From assembly GCA_028023455.1 (NCBI GenBank), contig JAQFVV010000010.1, forward strand, positions 11,594,001-11,658,000: a stretch of DNA of 64,000 bases, in the 5' to 3' direction. The notes under the pieces are model-generated. The model ran no database searches and was not told the DNA's origin. It worked only from the letters and a program-made list of their open reading frames with translations. Source of the stretch: Epiperipatus broadwayi. Its lineage: Eukaryota > Animalia > Onychophora. Numbering within the stretch: the stretch's first letter is position 1; every line of letters starts with the position of its first letter. Both the position numbers and the translations under genes were made by a program. Shown one piece after another: positions 38,801 through 50,965 of the stretch.

Positions 38801-39750
38801 ATATATCTATTTTATAATAGATTTATGAAATGTGATGTGGAAATGGAAAACACGAATGTATGCAATAATAACGTTAGACACAGTTTTAAGATTTTAAATA
38901 AATAAAATAAATCATTTATTACAATAAAATAAATTTGGTGCAACATGATATTTACAATTGGACTACTTGTCCTACAGATTTTTAAATTATCAAATAAACT
39001 TTAAGCATCAGTTTGGGATTATCCCTATTATCAAAGCAAATTAATGACAAAACTTAAATATTCTGACTTCGAACACATGCTTTGCTTTGCCTACATGTTT
39101 CATCTACATAACACTAAATAAATAACATGTTATATTATTAACACAAAAAAAATACTTTTGAGAGGATATTACTATTGATTAATAAAATAAATCAAATTAA
39201 TTATATTTGGCTCTCAACAAAGCAACTTTCTCTAATTGACTAAATAATCACTTTCAATTACGTATACCTTTCATGCATAGCAACAAAATCATGTTCATTC
39301 TGATGATTTGATGATTTATAACCTTTATTTAAATAAATACACTGTAGTTTAAAATATTTATTTCCCATTTTAATCTCAATAACTTTATACTTCTATTTAA
39401 ATGAATGTAATGTATTTCAAAACATTTATTTCTCATTTTAATTTCAATAACTCTATACTTTATATACGCGATATTATTTATATTACGCGTGTGTGTGTGT
39501 GTCAAGCAGCAATAGATAGAAAATAATCTTTTCTACAAACTCTCCATTCATTAAGAAAATATCATACAATTATTTTATTTCGGACAATGTCGTAATTCAT
39601 CAGTAAAATAAGACACTAATATTACATCAAGAATTAATTCAACAATTTATCTGGCCACATATTAACTAACATAGAGCTATATTTTCATGGTTATACAGAC
39701 TATACGTTATAAGGGAAATCTACATGAGGAGCAGATAACTCTTACTGAAC

Positions 39751-39976
39751 ACTTCTACAATAATTCATCTGATTCTAAATACACTGTTGGTGGGGAACCG
39801 TTTCCTCATCACCAAGAATATAAGAAAAACGTCACATAACTTCCTAAACATCATTTAATCATACTTCAACAATAATTCATCTACTTCTAAATACACTACT
39901 GGTGGGGAACTTTTTCCACATCACCAGGGCTCTAAGAAAACATCACTTAATTTCAAAAAATATCATTTAATCATAC
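39751..39976 (+). repeat. Diverged tandem duplication, about 112-bp unit x2
   Basis: acttctacaataattcatctgattctaaatacactgttggtggggaac... at 39751 and acttcaacaataattcatctacttctaaatacactactggtggggaac... at 39863. Confidence 0.8.
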
Positions 39977-42695
39977 GCATATAATATAAACTAGGCTCCA
40001 CTCATGGAAAAACATATACTAAATAAGCAAAATCTTTTATTCCTACAAGCATTATAACGCAATCAGATTTCTTTCCATTCTTGAAGCTCTTCTAAATATC
40101 GAACATTATAAATACACGCTGGCAGATAAATACATACAGATAACATACTAATCCGTTCCATTCAGTAGAATATGACAGCATCCAAAATTTATACATAAAA
40201 ATATTCACAAACTGAACTTTAGCAAACAAATGTCATAATTGTGCAAAACAGACACACACCCGCGAATAAAAGTATATATAAAATTAACTCTAAATTACAC
40301 ACTATGCAGGCAACATGGTAATTAAATATTGCATCAAGGTATAACCTTTAATTCAGAATAAACTTTAGGTTACTTTTCAAAATTTAATGGTTATAATTAT
40401 TACGAACGAACTTTCTTTCATATCTAGCAAACTATTTCTATTATACCTTCATGATTAAAAAAAAAAAAGAACAAAATTCTCACTTTGAGATAATAAAGTA
40501 TACAAAATAAATATAAACCACTCTAATAATATATTTAAAAAAAAATATTTCTTTTACCTTCGTAAAAGAATAATAAGACCTATTTGTACATAATCAATTT
40601 TTACCAGCATATTCCTCATATGGATACGCTTCGGAGACGGTCTTGGAGATCAAAATAACCCAAATTATAAACAAAACATAATATTAAGTAAGCCTATTAT
40701 CAATAATATACATTAATAATGACAAGTAATATATAAAAAAAAATAAAGAAACAAAAGTTATTTGTTTTGTAACTTGAAATGAAAGTTCACTTGCAAAGCT
40801 CTGCTCCAGGTTTATGAAACAATATGGGACACATTCCAAACTGAATTTAAATAAAACAAACTTCTGCAGGATAACTTAAAAAAATATAATCATAACTTAA
40901 ATCTGACCCAGCACCTCCAGTGTTCTTAGCATATCTATTTGAGGTACCAAATCACACACACAAGCAATTAATTTCTCCTTTATTATACTGAAAATACAAG
41001 ACATTCTCCGTTGTAGTGCTAAATTAAATGCGTAATTATTTTTAGTAGTTTTCTTGAATAGCATTTAACACTTTATAGTCTATTATACGCATGGCTTATT
41101 CTTAAATATTGTCAATTAAGAAACCATGGTTCCTTAGTAATCCCACAATTAATAATACTTTGTTTTATATTCCATCTTTATCGAAGAGAACAAAAATTAC
41201 CCACATTTCTATTCTTCCATTCGATTTAAGCAAATACTTAACTTGAAGTAACTCACATTTTATTTCCTTCATTTAAAATACGTGTTATTTCCAGAAATAC
41301 CAGATAAATAAATACTGTTATCTCTTTATGGTGAATTTGAACATGGCATGATTTATCAAAATATGTGTATTCTTAATTCTATGTTTAATCCTCACAAAAA
41401 CACAACACGGAAGATAGTGAAGAATTAAAATATATTTTGTAAAATAGTTCTGCATGCGTTTCGCAGATATATTAGAATACACGCGTTGGTTAGTGATACA
41501 ATAATAATATTCATGTAATTTATTCCTATTTAAAATGACAATTAAATGAAGTAGTGTAGACTGGACGTTATCAACATACATTTTTAAAAGAGCAATAGTT
41601 ATGATAAGGTTAATTCAAAGCATTTAAATCGAGGAGAGCAAAATAAACTGTGTACCTTTTTAAAATTTAGAATTCCATTTTAGTCAACTCTTCCTATAAT
41701 AAATTCCTTAAGATCCTTTCGATGTTTTATAAAATCAATTTGACTTCAACAACTGGTTTTTAATTTTCCCAATAATGAGCCACTGTTTTCTGGCTACAAT
41801 TACCTTACATAATATATGCAAATTTTTCACTGGAGATCTTTGTTAAATAGCTCTCTTTAGCAAAAACATCATTTCTTTTCACAAGGTTACTCCCACGCTT
41901 CTTTTCTATCTAAGCTAATTACATATTCAAAAAAAAATCTTTTAAAAAAAAAAAACCATTTTGATTAAATCAAGACAAAAGAAAATAATAAAATAAATAG
42001 CTTTTACAAACTTGAAAGAAAAATGAATATTAATTAACTATTAAACAAAAATGGTTAATAATTTATTTAATTTGTAAAATAATCCATTGATTCAACTATC
42101 TATTAATCATTGGAAAGAAATATATATTTGTTAAATTATTTAAGATAATTACTGTAATTTAAATGTTTTTATTGTACATGTACTATTGCTTAATGTTTTT
42201 AGAAGATGAAAATGAAGTGAAAACGATGCAAAGTCATACACGCATGCACATACACTATACTATAAATATTAAAGTATCTTAACTAAATATAATTGAAATG
42301 GTTATTAATTGTTGACAAAAGGATAAGTACTAATGAATAAAGGATTTTGAAACCATTCAACCAAATATTACACTAATATAAAATAACCTTACATTTTCCT
42401 ACCCAAATATACCAATTCCTATAATAACAACCCCTCTCTCTGGCATTAAATACTTCACTAACCACAATAATAATAACAAATACTTATAAAGTGGTCAATC
42501 AACTGCATAAGCGATCCATATCTAAGCTTTAAACAATCTCCAAAAAAAAATTTTTAAATTCTAAGGCTATTTCATTTTTTTTTTTAAAATATAATATAGC
42601 TATTCAGTGCAGATACAAAGCATCTCAATTCCTTATGCCCATTCAGATGGTCACAATATATATATATATTCTAATATTCTCATGGACAAATGATA

Positions 42696-42911
42696 AATTC
42701 ATAGTATTATTTCCAGGAGCTTCCGTATTATAAAAATATAATAGCTAACATTTCAGTAGAATAACAAGTACTTTCCTCAGAGTTTCTTTCTCAAATCTTG
42801 AGAAAGATGAAGCTCTGAGGAAAGTACTTGTTTTTTGTATTGAAACGTCGTCGGCAATTTAGCTATTATATTTTTATCACAAGGAAGCTCCCGGAAATAA
42901 TATTATGAATT
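42696..42911. mobile_element. Fold-back insertion with a hammerhead motif in each arm (PLE pLTR-like)
   Basis: Palindrome centred at 42795-42797. Left arm (minus, 42743-42784): AACU CUGAGGA A AGUA...UACU GAAAUGUU AGCU. Right arm (+, 42811-42864): AGCU CUGAGGA A AGUAC...GUAUU GAAACGUC, an 11-nt insert, then AGCU. Confidence 0.7.
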
Positions 42912-42990
42912 CATATATATATATATGTTTGTAATAAATATGTTTTGAGATTAACACATTATAACTGCTTCTTTAAATATAATTTATTAA

Positions 42991-43861
42991 CCCTCCAGCT
43001 TCAGCAAATGCCAATATATTTTTAAAGTTAAAAAGATACCTCCTTAACTTTGCCCTCCTTCATACTTGTCTACAAAGCTTTTGCTAAAAGGGATGAGTTT
43101 TTTTAATCAATCAGAAATTTATTGCTAAATACCTTTAAATCTGCTTGACATATATATTTGGCAAGTATGAAATTTCTTTCATTTTTAATGTTACCAATAA
43201 TCATTTAAAATTTTAATATTATGTAATAAATAATAAGTTACAATGCTAAATATTTATGTGTAACGTTTTGAGATTAAGTGATTGCAATTATTTTAAAAAA
43301 GAATTATATTTAGTTTTGTTACTATTAATATCTTTTACTTTGGCTTTGCTTATTTACTTTACACACATACCTACATATATATATATATTCTAATATTCTC
43401 ATGGATAAATGATAAATTCATAGTATTATTATATTCCAGCTTCAGAAAATGAATACATTTTTAAAGTTAAAAAGATTCCTTTAAGTTTGTCCTCCATATA
43501 TCTGAAGGATTAACTACAATGCTTTTTGCTTGAAGAGTGAATTTTTTTAATTAGTCAAGAAATATATTGCTAAATATTTATAAACCTGATTGACATATTT
43601 ATCTGATAAATATGAAATGATGTTTTGATATAAAGTGTAATAAATAATAATTTATTGTGCTGAATATATGTAATGTATTGACATTAATTCATTGCAATTG
43701 TTTTGTAAAAATATTTAGCAATAAATTTGTGATTGATTAAAAAATGTCATTTTTTCTAGTAAAAGCATTGTAAAAAATCCTCCTTATATATAAAGGTGGA
43801 CAAAGGTAAAGAGGTATCTTTTTACTTTAAAAATGTATTGTCATTTTCTGACACTAGAGGG
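42991..43861. mobile_element. piggyBac-like MITE region (two partial copies)
   Basis: TTAA|CCCTCCAG at the left end and ctagaggg at the right end (right flank is ctat, not ttaa). 43435-43861 has long imperfect TIRs and 42991-43180 is a second partial copy. Confidence 0.4.
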
Positions 43862-45450
43862 CTATTCAATTATATTTCAAGGGATTTTATCAATTTTAGT
43901 AATATTAAAAAATTTCAAAGTACTTTCATATCAATACTGATGACAGAATAATGCATATATACATTTTGTCAAATTAAACTACCTATTCATCAATTGTACT
44001 AGAATGAATCAGCAGTTTGGTCACACAATGACTATATGTATCTATTGTGAGGATTTGATCTTTTTTTCTAGTGTCATTCTTGGTGGAAACATTGATTCAA
44101 AGCTATTTTGAATTTGTAAGCCCTATTGAGATTGGTCAGAGAGAATATGTCCTTTTTTAATAATATATCTTAATGAAAAATAAAAATAATAACCTTTATT
44201 GCATATATATATACACACAAAATAAGGGGTTTGTCTATTGAATAACATATATTTATTGAATTATATATATATATAGAAAATGACAGAGAGAGTGATGTTA
44301 ATGAAAAGATCTATGTAGTGTCTTTCATTATCTTGAGTATAAGCAATATCTTGAAAAAATTTCTGGTAACATTATATTTATATATAATTTATGAGTCTTC
44401 AGCAAGGTTAAGTTAATTACAGAGCAGTATAGGAATCTGTGGCAAAGACTTTCAAGTTGATGTTGCCAAAAATTCTTTTAAAAATTTATTCAGACTACAA
44501 TCAGAATAGTGAAATGATTACCTTTGGCATATTTAATAGTCTTATGATTAAAAAATATATGTTACATATTATACAGTGAGCTGATGGAAACTTGTTTTTG
44601 AAAATGAGATAAATTTTCAGAATTATTCTGCTGAGGAATTTCATATTAATGCCTTCACTAAGGTTAATCATGAATTTAATGTTGATTGTGTAGAAAAATT
44701 GTTTACTTAGATTAAATATATCATAATCCTCTCTAAAGTAATTTTATATTTGGAATAATATGTAGTAAGAGAATTTAGTTAAGGCCTTTACCTAATAATG
44801 CTTGAAAAAATTAATGCTTTTGCAGAATTAAGCTATTTAATTTGCTGATTAATTTCAGCAGACAGCTAAAAGAAATTTCTTATGATTGGTGAGCAAATTT
44901 CTGATATCATTAATTATTTAAGTAAATTCATTTTTATAATATTGCATAAGGGCACGATTAATTTGACTATTAGTAAAGATGAAGTTGTAATGAACAAATA
45001 GAATATAGATTCCCTAGAATGAATCAAAAGCAATGTGTTGAAATCAATTGTTAATATAGTAAATATTTGACAAATCTAATATTATTTGTGATTCTTTGCA
45101 TAGTTATATTCTTGTGTTTATTGAGAAGTATTTAATAAACAGTCTGTTTATCATATTATCAAAAATAGTATCTAATTTATTGAAATATTCTACATTTAAA
45201 TCATCCTTTTACTAATGTGTGTTAAATTATATTATTGAAAATTTTTATTTTTTAATATTTTTTTTTTATACAAAAAATTGATGTGTGCATTATTTATAAA
45301 ATTTGCTAAATGTTTGCATATTTATAATTTCTGCATGTTAAGTTGCAATTAACATTTTAATTTAGTTAATCTGTTAACATGTGGCTTCATCTGTTGATCA
45401 GTTAAATCATTTCACAATTATTTTTGTTTCTTCTTTTTTCATTTTAAAAT

Positions 45451-45479
45451 ATGGGTTTGGAAAATGTGTTGTTAAAAAT
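45451..45479 (+). CDS. ALKBH6: Candidate first coding exon of ALKBH6 (1 nt short of in-frame as assembled)
   Basis: ATGGGTTTGGAAAATGTGTTGTTAAAAAT|gtgatc is 29 nt. One more A in the 45461-45464 run would give MGLEKCVVKN in phase 0 with the next exon. The donor is weak, so this is tentative. Confidence 0.3.
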
Positions 45480-45985
45480 GTGATCGGAGATTTAATTATT
45501 TACTTTGTTTTCAGATTTTGAATATATTGCATTTTTTTTTTTTTGGTATTCTTTATGGATAAACTTATATATTTTTATTGTGTTAGTTGATTTATAATGA
45601 AAAAATATAATGGGCACTTTGTGATACTATTTCTCTAATCTTTTAAATATTTTGCATCATCGTTTCACAGTGCTTATATATTCATGCATTTTTAGTTGAT
45701 TTTGAGGTGTTGTTTTTATTATGGCAGTTTGTCACATTATAACCACTATGTAAGGAAATAATATCCTTGTCAGTGATGAAAAAAATTGTAATAGAATAGC
45801 ATTTTAATTATGTCTTCCATATGCCTGGTGTAATTAATTTAGTGGTGGAGGGCAGACTCAGAACTGCCATTTGAATTACATGATCTCCTAAACAAATAAC
45901 CCTATGATTATTTATCAAGTCACTTTAAATGTATTTATTGATTAATACTATATATATATAAATAAAGTTGTATTCAATTCTTTAG

Positions 45986-46115
45986 GCTCCAAGATATGTT
46001 TATTATATTCCAAATTTTATTAATGATGGTGAAGAAAAAGAATTATTAAATCATATTTATAGTTCACCTAAACCTAAGTGGACCCATTTGTCCAATCGAC
46101 GTCTACAAAACTGGG
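45986..46115 (+). CDS. ALKBH6: Alpha-ketoglutarate-dependent dioxygenase AlkB homolog 6, coding exon
   Basis: ctttag|...|gtaagt. 130 nt encoding APRYVYYIPNFINDGEEKELLNHIYSSPKPKWTHLSNRRLQNW-G, which matches vertebrate ALKBH6 [44 protein letters not shown] as recalled. Confidence 0.93.
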
Positions 46116-46264
46116 GTAAGTACAATTTTAAATTAATTATGAAAAAAAAAAAAAAAAGGCAATGAATCTGTTTAATTAAATTAGTTTTAAAAAGAATAAA
46201 TTTTTAAAAAATATATCTTGCCTAAAGATAATCTTTAGTTTAATAAATTATTAGCGATAATCAT

Positions 46265-46972
46265 CTTTAGCCATATAAAATCACCAAAGCCTTAATAAGC
46301 AAAAAATAAAATGATAAAAAATCAAGTCAGATGTCACATGACTTAATTTAATAAAGCTTATATTTACAAATGTTATATATAGAGCTCGCAAAATAAGCTT
46401 TTAACAAGCTTTGAGAATATCCTAAGCCCCAGACCGGTTTCTGCTTCTGGTGTCATCAGTGAAGTGGCTGGATATTCAAGCACTAGATTAAAAATACTAG
46501 GACATGCCCAGCATTTTATCTAATGTATAACTATTGAGTAGAAAATCTGAAATTGTTAGACATCCATATGTCTTCCAGTCCAGCTATCTAACTCAAATAG
46601 CCATATGGGACTGAACTAAGTTCAGATACACCATATATTAATAGCTTTAGCAATATAAAATCGCCAAAGCCTTAATAGCAAAAAATAAAATGATAAAAAA
46701 ATCAATTCAGTCCCATATGACTATTTGAGTTAGATAGCTGGATTGGAAGACATATGGATGTCTGACAATTTCAAATTTTCTACTCAATAGTTATACATTA
46801 GATAAAGTGCTGGGCTTGTCCTAGTATTTTTAATCTAATCCTTGAATATCCTGGCACCTCACTGACAACACCAGAACCGGTTGTTAAGAGCTTATTTTGC
46901 GAGCTCTATATATAACATTTGTAAATACAAGCTTTATTAAATTAAGTCATATGACATCTGACTTGATTTTTT
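46265..46972. mobile_element. Fold-back insertion (X-Y-spacer-X-Y') with hammerhead motifs
   Basis: Arms about 46315-46615 and 46706-46972; 60-bp direct repeat at 46265-46325 and 46645-46705. Minus strand 46427-46464: CUUCA CUGAUGA CAC CAGAA GCA GAAAC CG GU C UGGGG. A deleted copy lies on + at 46857-46882. Confidence 0.7.
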
Positions 46973-48714
46973 TTTTTTTCATAGAGATGGATTATATCAA
47001 AGTTGTGGGTGAAGTAAGTTTGACATTTGTATATGGAAAATGTAACAATTTCATATTAATAAATAATATATCTATGTTAAGGATATATATGAGAGATGAT
47101 GGCCTGAGCCAATTGATGAGTGCTGGTACAATACAAAATGTATCTTGATGGTCATTTGTCTTTTATTATGTCTTTAATCATGTTTTTTTTAAAAAAATTG
47201 TGTAATGGTTATTTAATACATTTATAAAAAATATATTATTGAAGCCTTTTATATTATAGACTTTATTTATATAGATAATAATGTAAAAATTTAATGGTTT
47301 TTTATTATTACGATGACGACGACAAAGAAGAAGATGAAGAAAAGGAGGAGACGGCTGCTGCTGCTGATAATTTTTTATCTTGGAAAACTTTTGTTATTAG
47401 CATCAAAAATATATGATAATACTTTGCATATGTAGCATTAATTAAAAACTGTAAATATGTATAACAAGTGATTCATGTCATAGTGGGTGTTGCATTCTTT
47501 CTTTATACCAATGATCTGAGATTCAAATTCAGGCCACGGGTGGGCTTAGGATTTTTGTTTCAGACAACCAGTTCACAATCAAATTATTTAGCCATCAATT
47601 ACTGCTTAGTAAATGGGTTTCTAGTCATTCTTAATTAGTAAGTAAAATAAAGATGAAAATGCTAAAATTCTCATTGTGTAGCATTTGATAAACCTAGTGA
47701 GTAATATCTTCTCTAGTTGTCTTTGAAGGATTATTAAAAGGGCTTCTGGTAACAAAAAACAAAGGATGCTTTCTTTATTTATATTTATTGAGATGAAAAT
47801 ATTTCTATAATAGTCTTTAAATAATATAATATTAGATAAGTTGGTGTTTAAACTAAACTTTAATATAACAGATATATATTATAGGAAATAACAAAATACT
47901 AAGATAAAAAGATTTAAATTATTATAAAGATTCAAGATTATTTTGTATGATAATGCTTAAATATCATTAATGAGAGAAGAATGGTTTCTCTTGATTTGTG
48001 TTTTATGATAGATTTATAAATAATTATGTAAAGCTAAAAGAATTAAATAATATTTATTTTTTTGAGGATTTTATTTTTATTAAAGTCAGAAGAAAGAAAC
48101 TGAGAGAAAAATTGTTCTGCTCTGTATTTCCAAATATTAATTTTTATGATGTCAAAAATATGGAAAGTAAATAAATGCAACTTTATAACTGCATTTGTAA
48201 TGGAACAAAATGTATTAAGATTGAATTGTTTATAAAATAGTTTGTAAAACTATAAAATATTTTGATTTATGTTTAAAAGCAAGGAAAATTAAAAAAACAG
48301 AGAGAAGCATTTAACAGATTAAAGAGATAACACGGTTACAAAATAACATTAATTATGGGATAGTTGGCTTAATATAAATAAAAGTATAGACTTTAATCAA
48401 GATTAATTCATTTAGTTTCATCTATCTAGTTCAGATCTTTAATTGACTAAATGCAAATCAGAAAGATATAGTTAGAAATCGCAAGAAACGTAGGAATAAT
48501 TTATCAGCATTTGCAAGTTGAAGCTAAAGTCACTAATATAATAGCTAACTGCTACATCTAATAGAATTGTATGCATTATCATAATATATTTATAGCTGAT
48601 TTTTTAAAAATGTATATGTATTATGATTTGTGGAAAAACAATCAAAAGTATAAAGGCAGCAGAAAAAGAAAATATTTTTATAAAGATATATTTTCATTTG
48701 ATTATAAGATGAGT

Positions 48715-48899
48715 AAAAAAATTATATATATGTAATAATATTATAATTCGATGTCTGTAACAATATATGTAATCTTATAATTGAATATTTGTAAATACAG
48801 TAATAAAAAATTATATATATATATATGTAATAATATTATAATTCCATGTCTGTAACAATATACATAATCTTATAATTGAATATTTATAAATACAGTAAT
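48715..48899 (+). repeat. Tandem duplication, about 90 bp x2, overlapping the left arm of the 48.9-kb fold-back
   Basis: aaaaaattatatatatgtaataatattataattc(g/c)atgtctgtaacaata...aaatacagtaat at 48715-48804 and 48805-48899. Confidence 0.85.
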
Positions 48900-49113
48900 T
48901 AGATATATGTAAAATATAATTTTAAAAATTTTATCCATTTAGGAGCACTTTTGACTATCCTGGTAGTCTTTGTCAGCTAACACTTTGAAAAGCTAATCTT
49001 TCCACAATTCCACAATTTCGAAAGCGCTCCCAAGTGGATAAAGTTTTTAAAGTTATACTTCAAATATATCTAATTACTGTATTTATAAATATTCAATTAT
49101 AAGATTACATATA
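48858..49113. mobile_element. Fold-back insertion with a CpG-decayed canonical hammerhead
   Basis: Arms 48858-48954 and 49018-49113. Minus strand 48939-48980: UUAG CUGACAA A GACUA CCAGGA UAGUC AAAAG UG CU C CUAA. The right arm keeps the undecayed UCGAAAGCGCUC. Confidence 0.75.
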
Positions 49114-49655
49114 TATCAAATTATTATAAGAATCTATTATTATTGCAGGACAAAGATATTAAAAATAATTTAAAATACACATATTATATTTTTGGAAGAA
49201 TAATAAAAAATAAAATAAATTTGGATTACACATAATCAAAAGAATAAATAAAACTTATAAGAGGATTTTATATAATGGTCATTGTTTTAAGTATGACAAT
49301 TCATAAATGTAATGGATTACACTACAGAAATATGATTCATTATTGGATAACCTCTAGTTTAATGAATGACTGATAAAAATTATTAATTGTGTAATATAAT
49401 GTTTGATGTTCAGCATTTCCAAAAATTAGCATTAGTAAAACAATATTATACTGCAACTTCTTAATCACTTTTAAAATGCTTTGAAAGAAGTTTTATATAT
49501 ATAATGAAAATTGCTAAAATTAAAGTCCATAATGAAAGAATAATTGTATGAGTATTTGATAATTTTTAAATGTTTATTTAGTTATTTTGTTATTCTTTCT
49601 GCTGATCTTGAATTAAGATTTAAAAAAATTAAATGAAGATAGTTTACACAATTTT

Positions 49656-49900
49656 ACACCTGCCATATGCACAGAATCAAAGGATCATAAGAGAAAAATA
49701 AAAGAAGCATTCTACATTAATGGAAATATTAATGCTATAAATAGAAAAGACACTTGTTTTGATATATCGAAGAAATGGACATGTAACATGTGCTAATTTA
49801 AATATCTTAGCATATATTTTATTATATATTTTTAAGAAAGCTATGATTATGAGTCATGGATCCTCGAAAACGTTTAGCTTATTATTATATTTATTTATAA
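49656..49900 (+). mobile_element. Penelope-like element 3' fragment in an ALKBH6 intron
   Basis: TPAICTESKDHKRKIKEAFYINGNINAINRKDTCFDISKKWTCNMC*, homologous to the PLE C-termini at 7822-8007 and 9614-9859. Confidence 0.8.
49838..49880 (+). ncRNA. Minimal type I hammerhead ribozyme motif, A3-U8 core variant
   Basis: AAGCU AUGAUUA U GAG UCAUGGAUC CUC GAAAA CG UU U AGCUU. Helix I is AAGCU/AGCUU and helix III is the palindrome AACGUU. Confidence 0.65.
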
Positions 49901-50444
49901 CTTCTCTTTTAAACTTTACTTATAAGTTTTTGTGTTTATTGAAGATAGTTTAAGAAAAAACTGAATATGATGAAAAATCTTCAGTAGAGTTTTTTTTCTT
50001 TAGCATATGATCATGAAAATAAAATTGAAAATTTAAATAATTTTGGTTATTTAGATTGGCAGGTATCAAGCAAAAAAAAATAATGAAGGAAGTAATTAGA
50101 AAAATAACAATTTTTGGAATGCTTTTATAATGATAAAGTAATAATTTTGTATTGTTATTCTAAGATCTCTTTTTTGAAGAGAATACTTTGCAATCAAAAT
50201 GTATGTAATCAGTAAGTAGTTTTGAAGTTATTTCTTAGTGTAAAAGGCATTTATATTAATTTATATTTATCTAAGTGATAAATGAGATTGAATAATCCAC
50301 ATAGGGTTGCTTGGATATGTCTGTGGTGGTTTTGGGCAGCCCTTCGAATTCAAAATTGTCATGAGTGCATTCTAAATCAGTACTGTTTCATTTATATTAC
50401 ATTAGGATAAAGGATGTACTTATTATTATTTTTTTTTTCCATGT

Positions 50445-50519
50445 GTCAGCATCGGCCAGGAAGTGAACCTGCAAACCCGGGACAGCTGCTTGTAAGGCAG
50501 CTGTGCCGATTGCTTTGAG
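50445..50519 (-). mobile_element. Degraded tRNA-Val-like SINE copy
   Basis: Minus strand has cagctgc-CTTACAA-gcagctg (anticodon-like arm), ggttcacttcc (B-box-like) and the tail gccgatgctgacacatg shared with 54980-55076. Confidence 0.45.
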
Positions 50520-50918
50520 TTGATGTAAAAGGGTCTTTAAAGTTTATGATGTAATTACTAATATTGAGCTGCATAAGTAAATTATATTAAAGGAATTATA
50601 AACAACAGTAGTTCATGAGTGATGAGGGAGCACTATTACTTGATCATAATGCTATATAACAGTTTAGGGCAATACTTTGAATTTAAAAATGAAAGTGAGA
50701 TAGACTAGACATATTACGAAAGGAAAACTGCAGAATTTGATTGTTTTTAAGATGCAAAAGGAAGTATCTTAACAAAAAGATCTGAGAAAATAATATAAAA
50801 GTATGCTTTTGGAATAATACATCTTGTTGAAAAATACTAAAAGATCTAATGTGGACTGATGATGATTGCTTTTAAATATATATTATTCATTTGTTTTGTA
50901 CTTTTAATTTACTTTCAG

Positions 50919-50965
50919 GTGGACTTCCTCATATTAAAGGAATGGTTCCTGAAAAAATTCCGGAG
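50919..50965 (+). CDS. ALKBH6: ALKBH6 coding exon
   Basis: ctttcag|...|gtaatt. 47 nt, phase 1 in and phase 0 out, encoding GGLPHIKGMVPEKIPE (vertebrate GGLPHPRGMVPERLPP). Confidence 0.92.
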
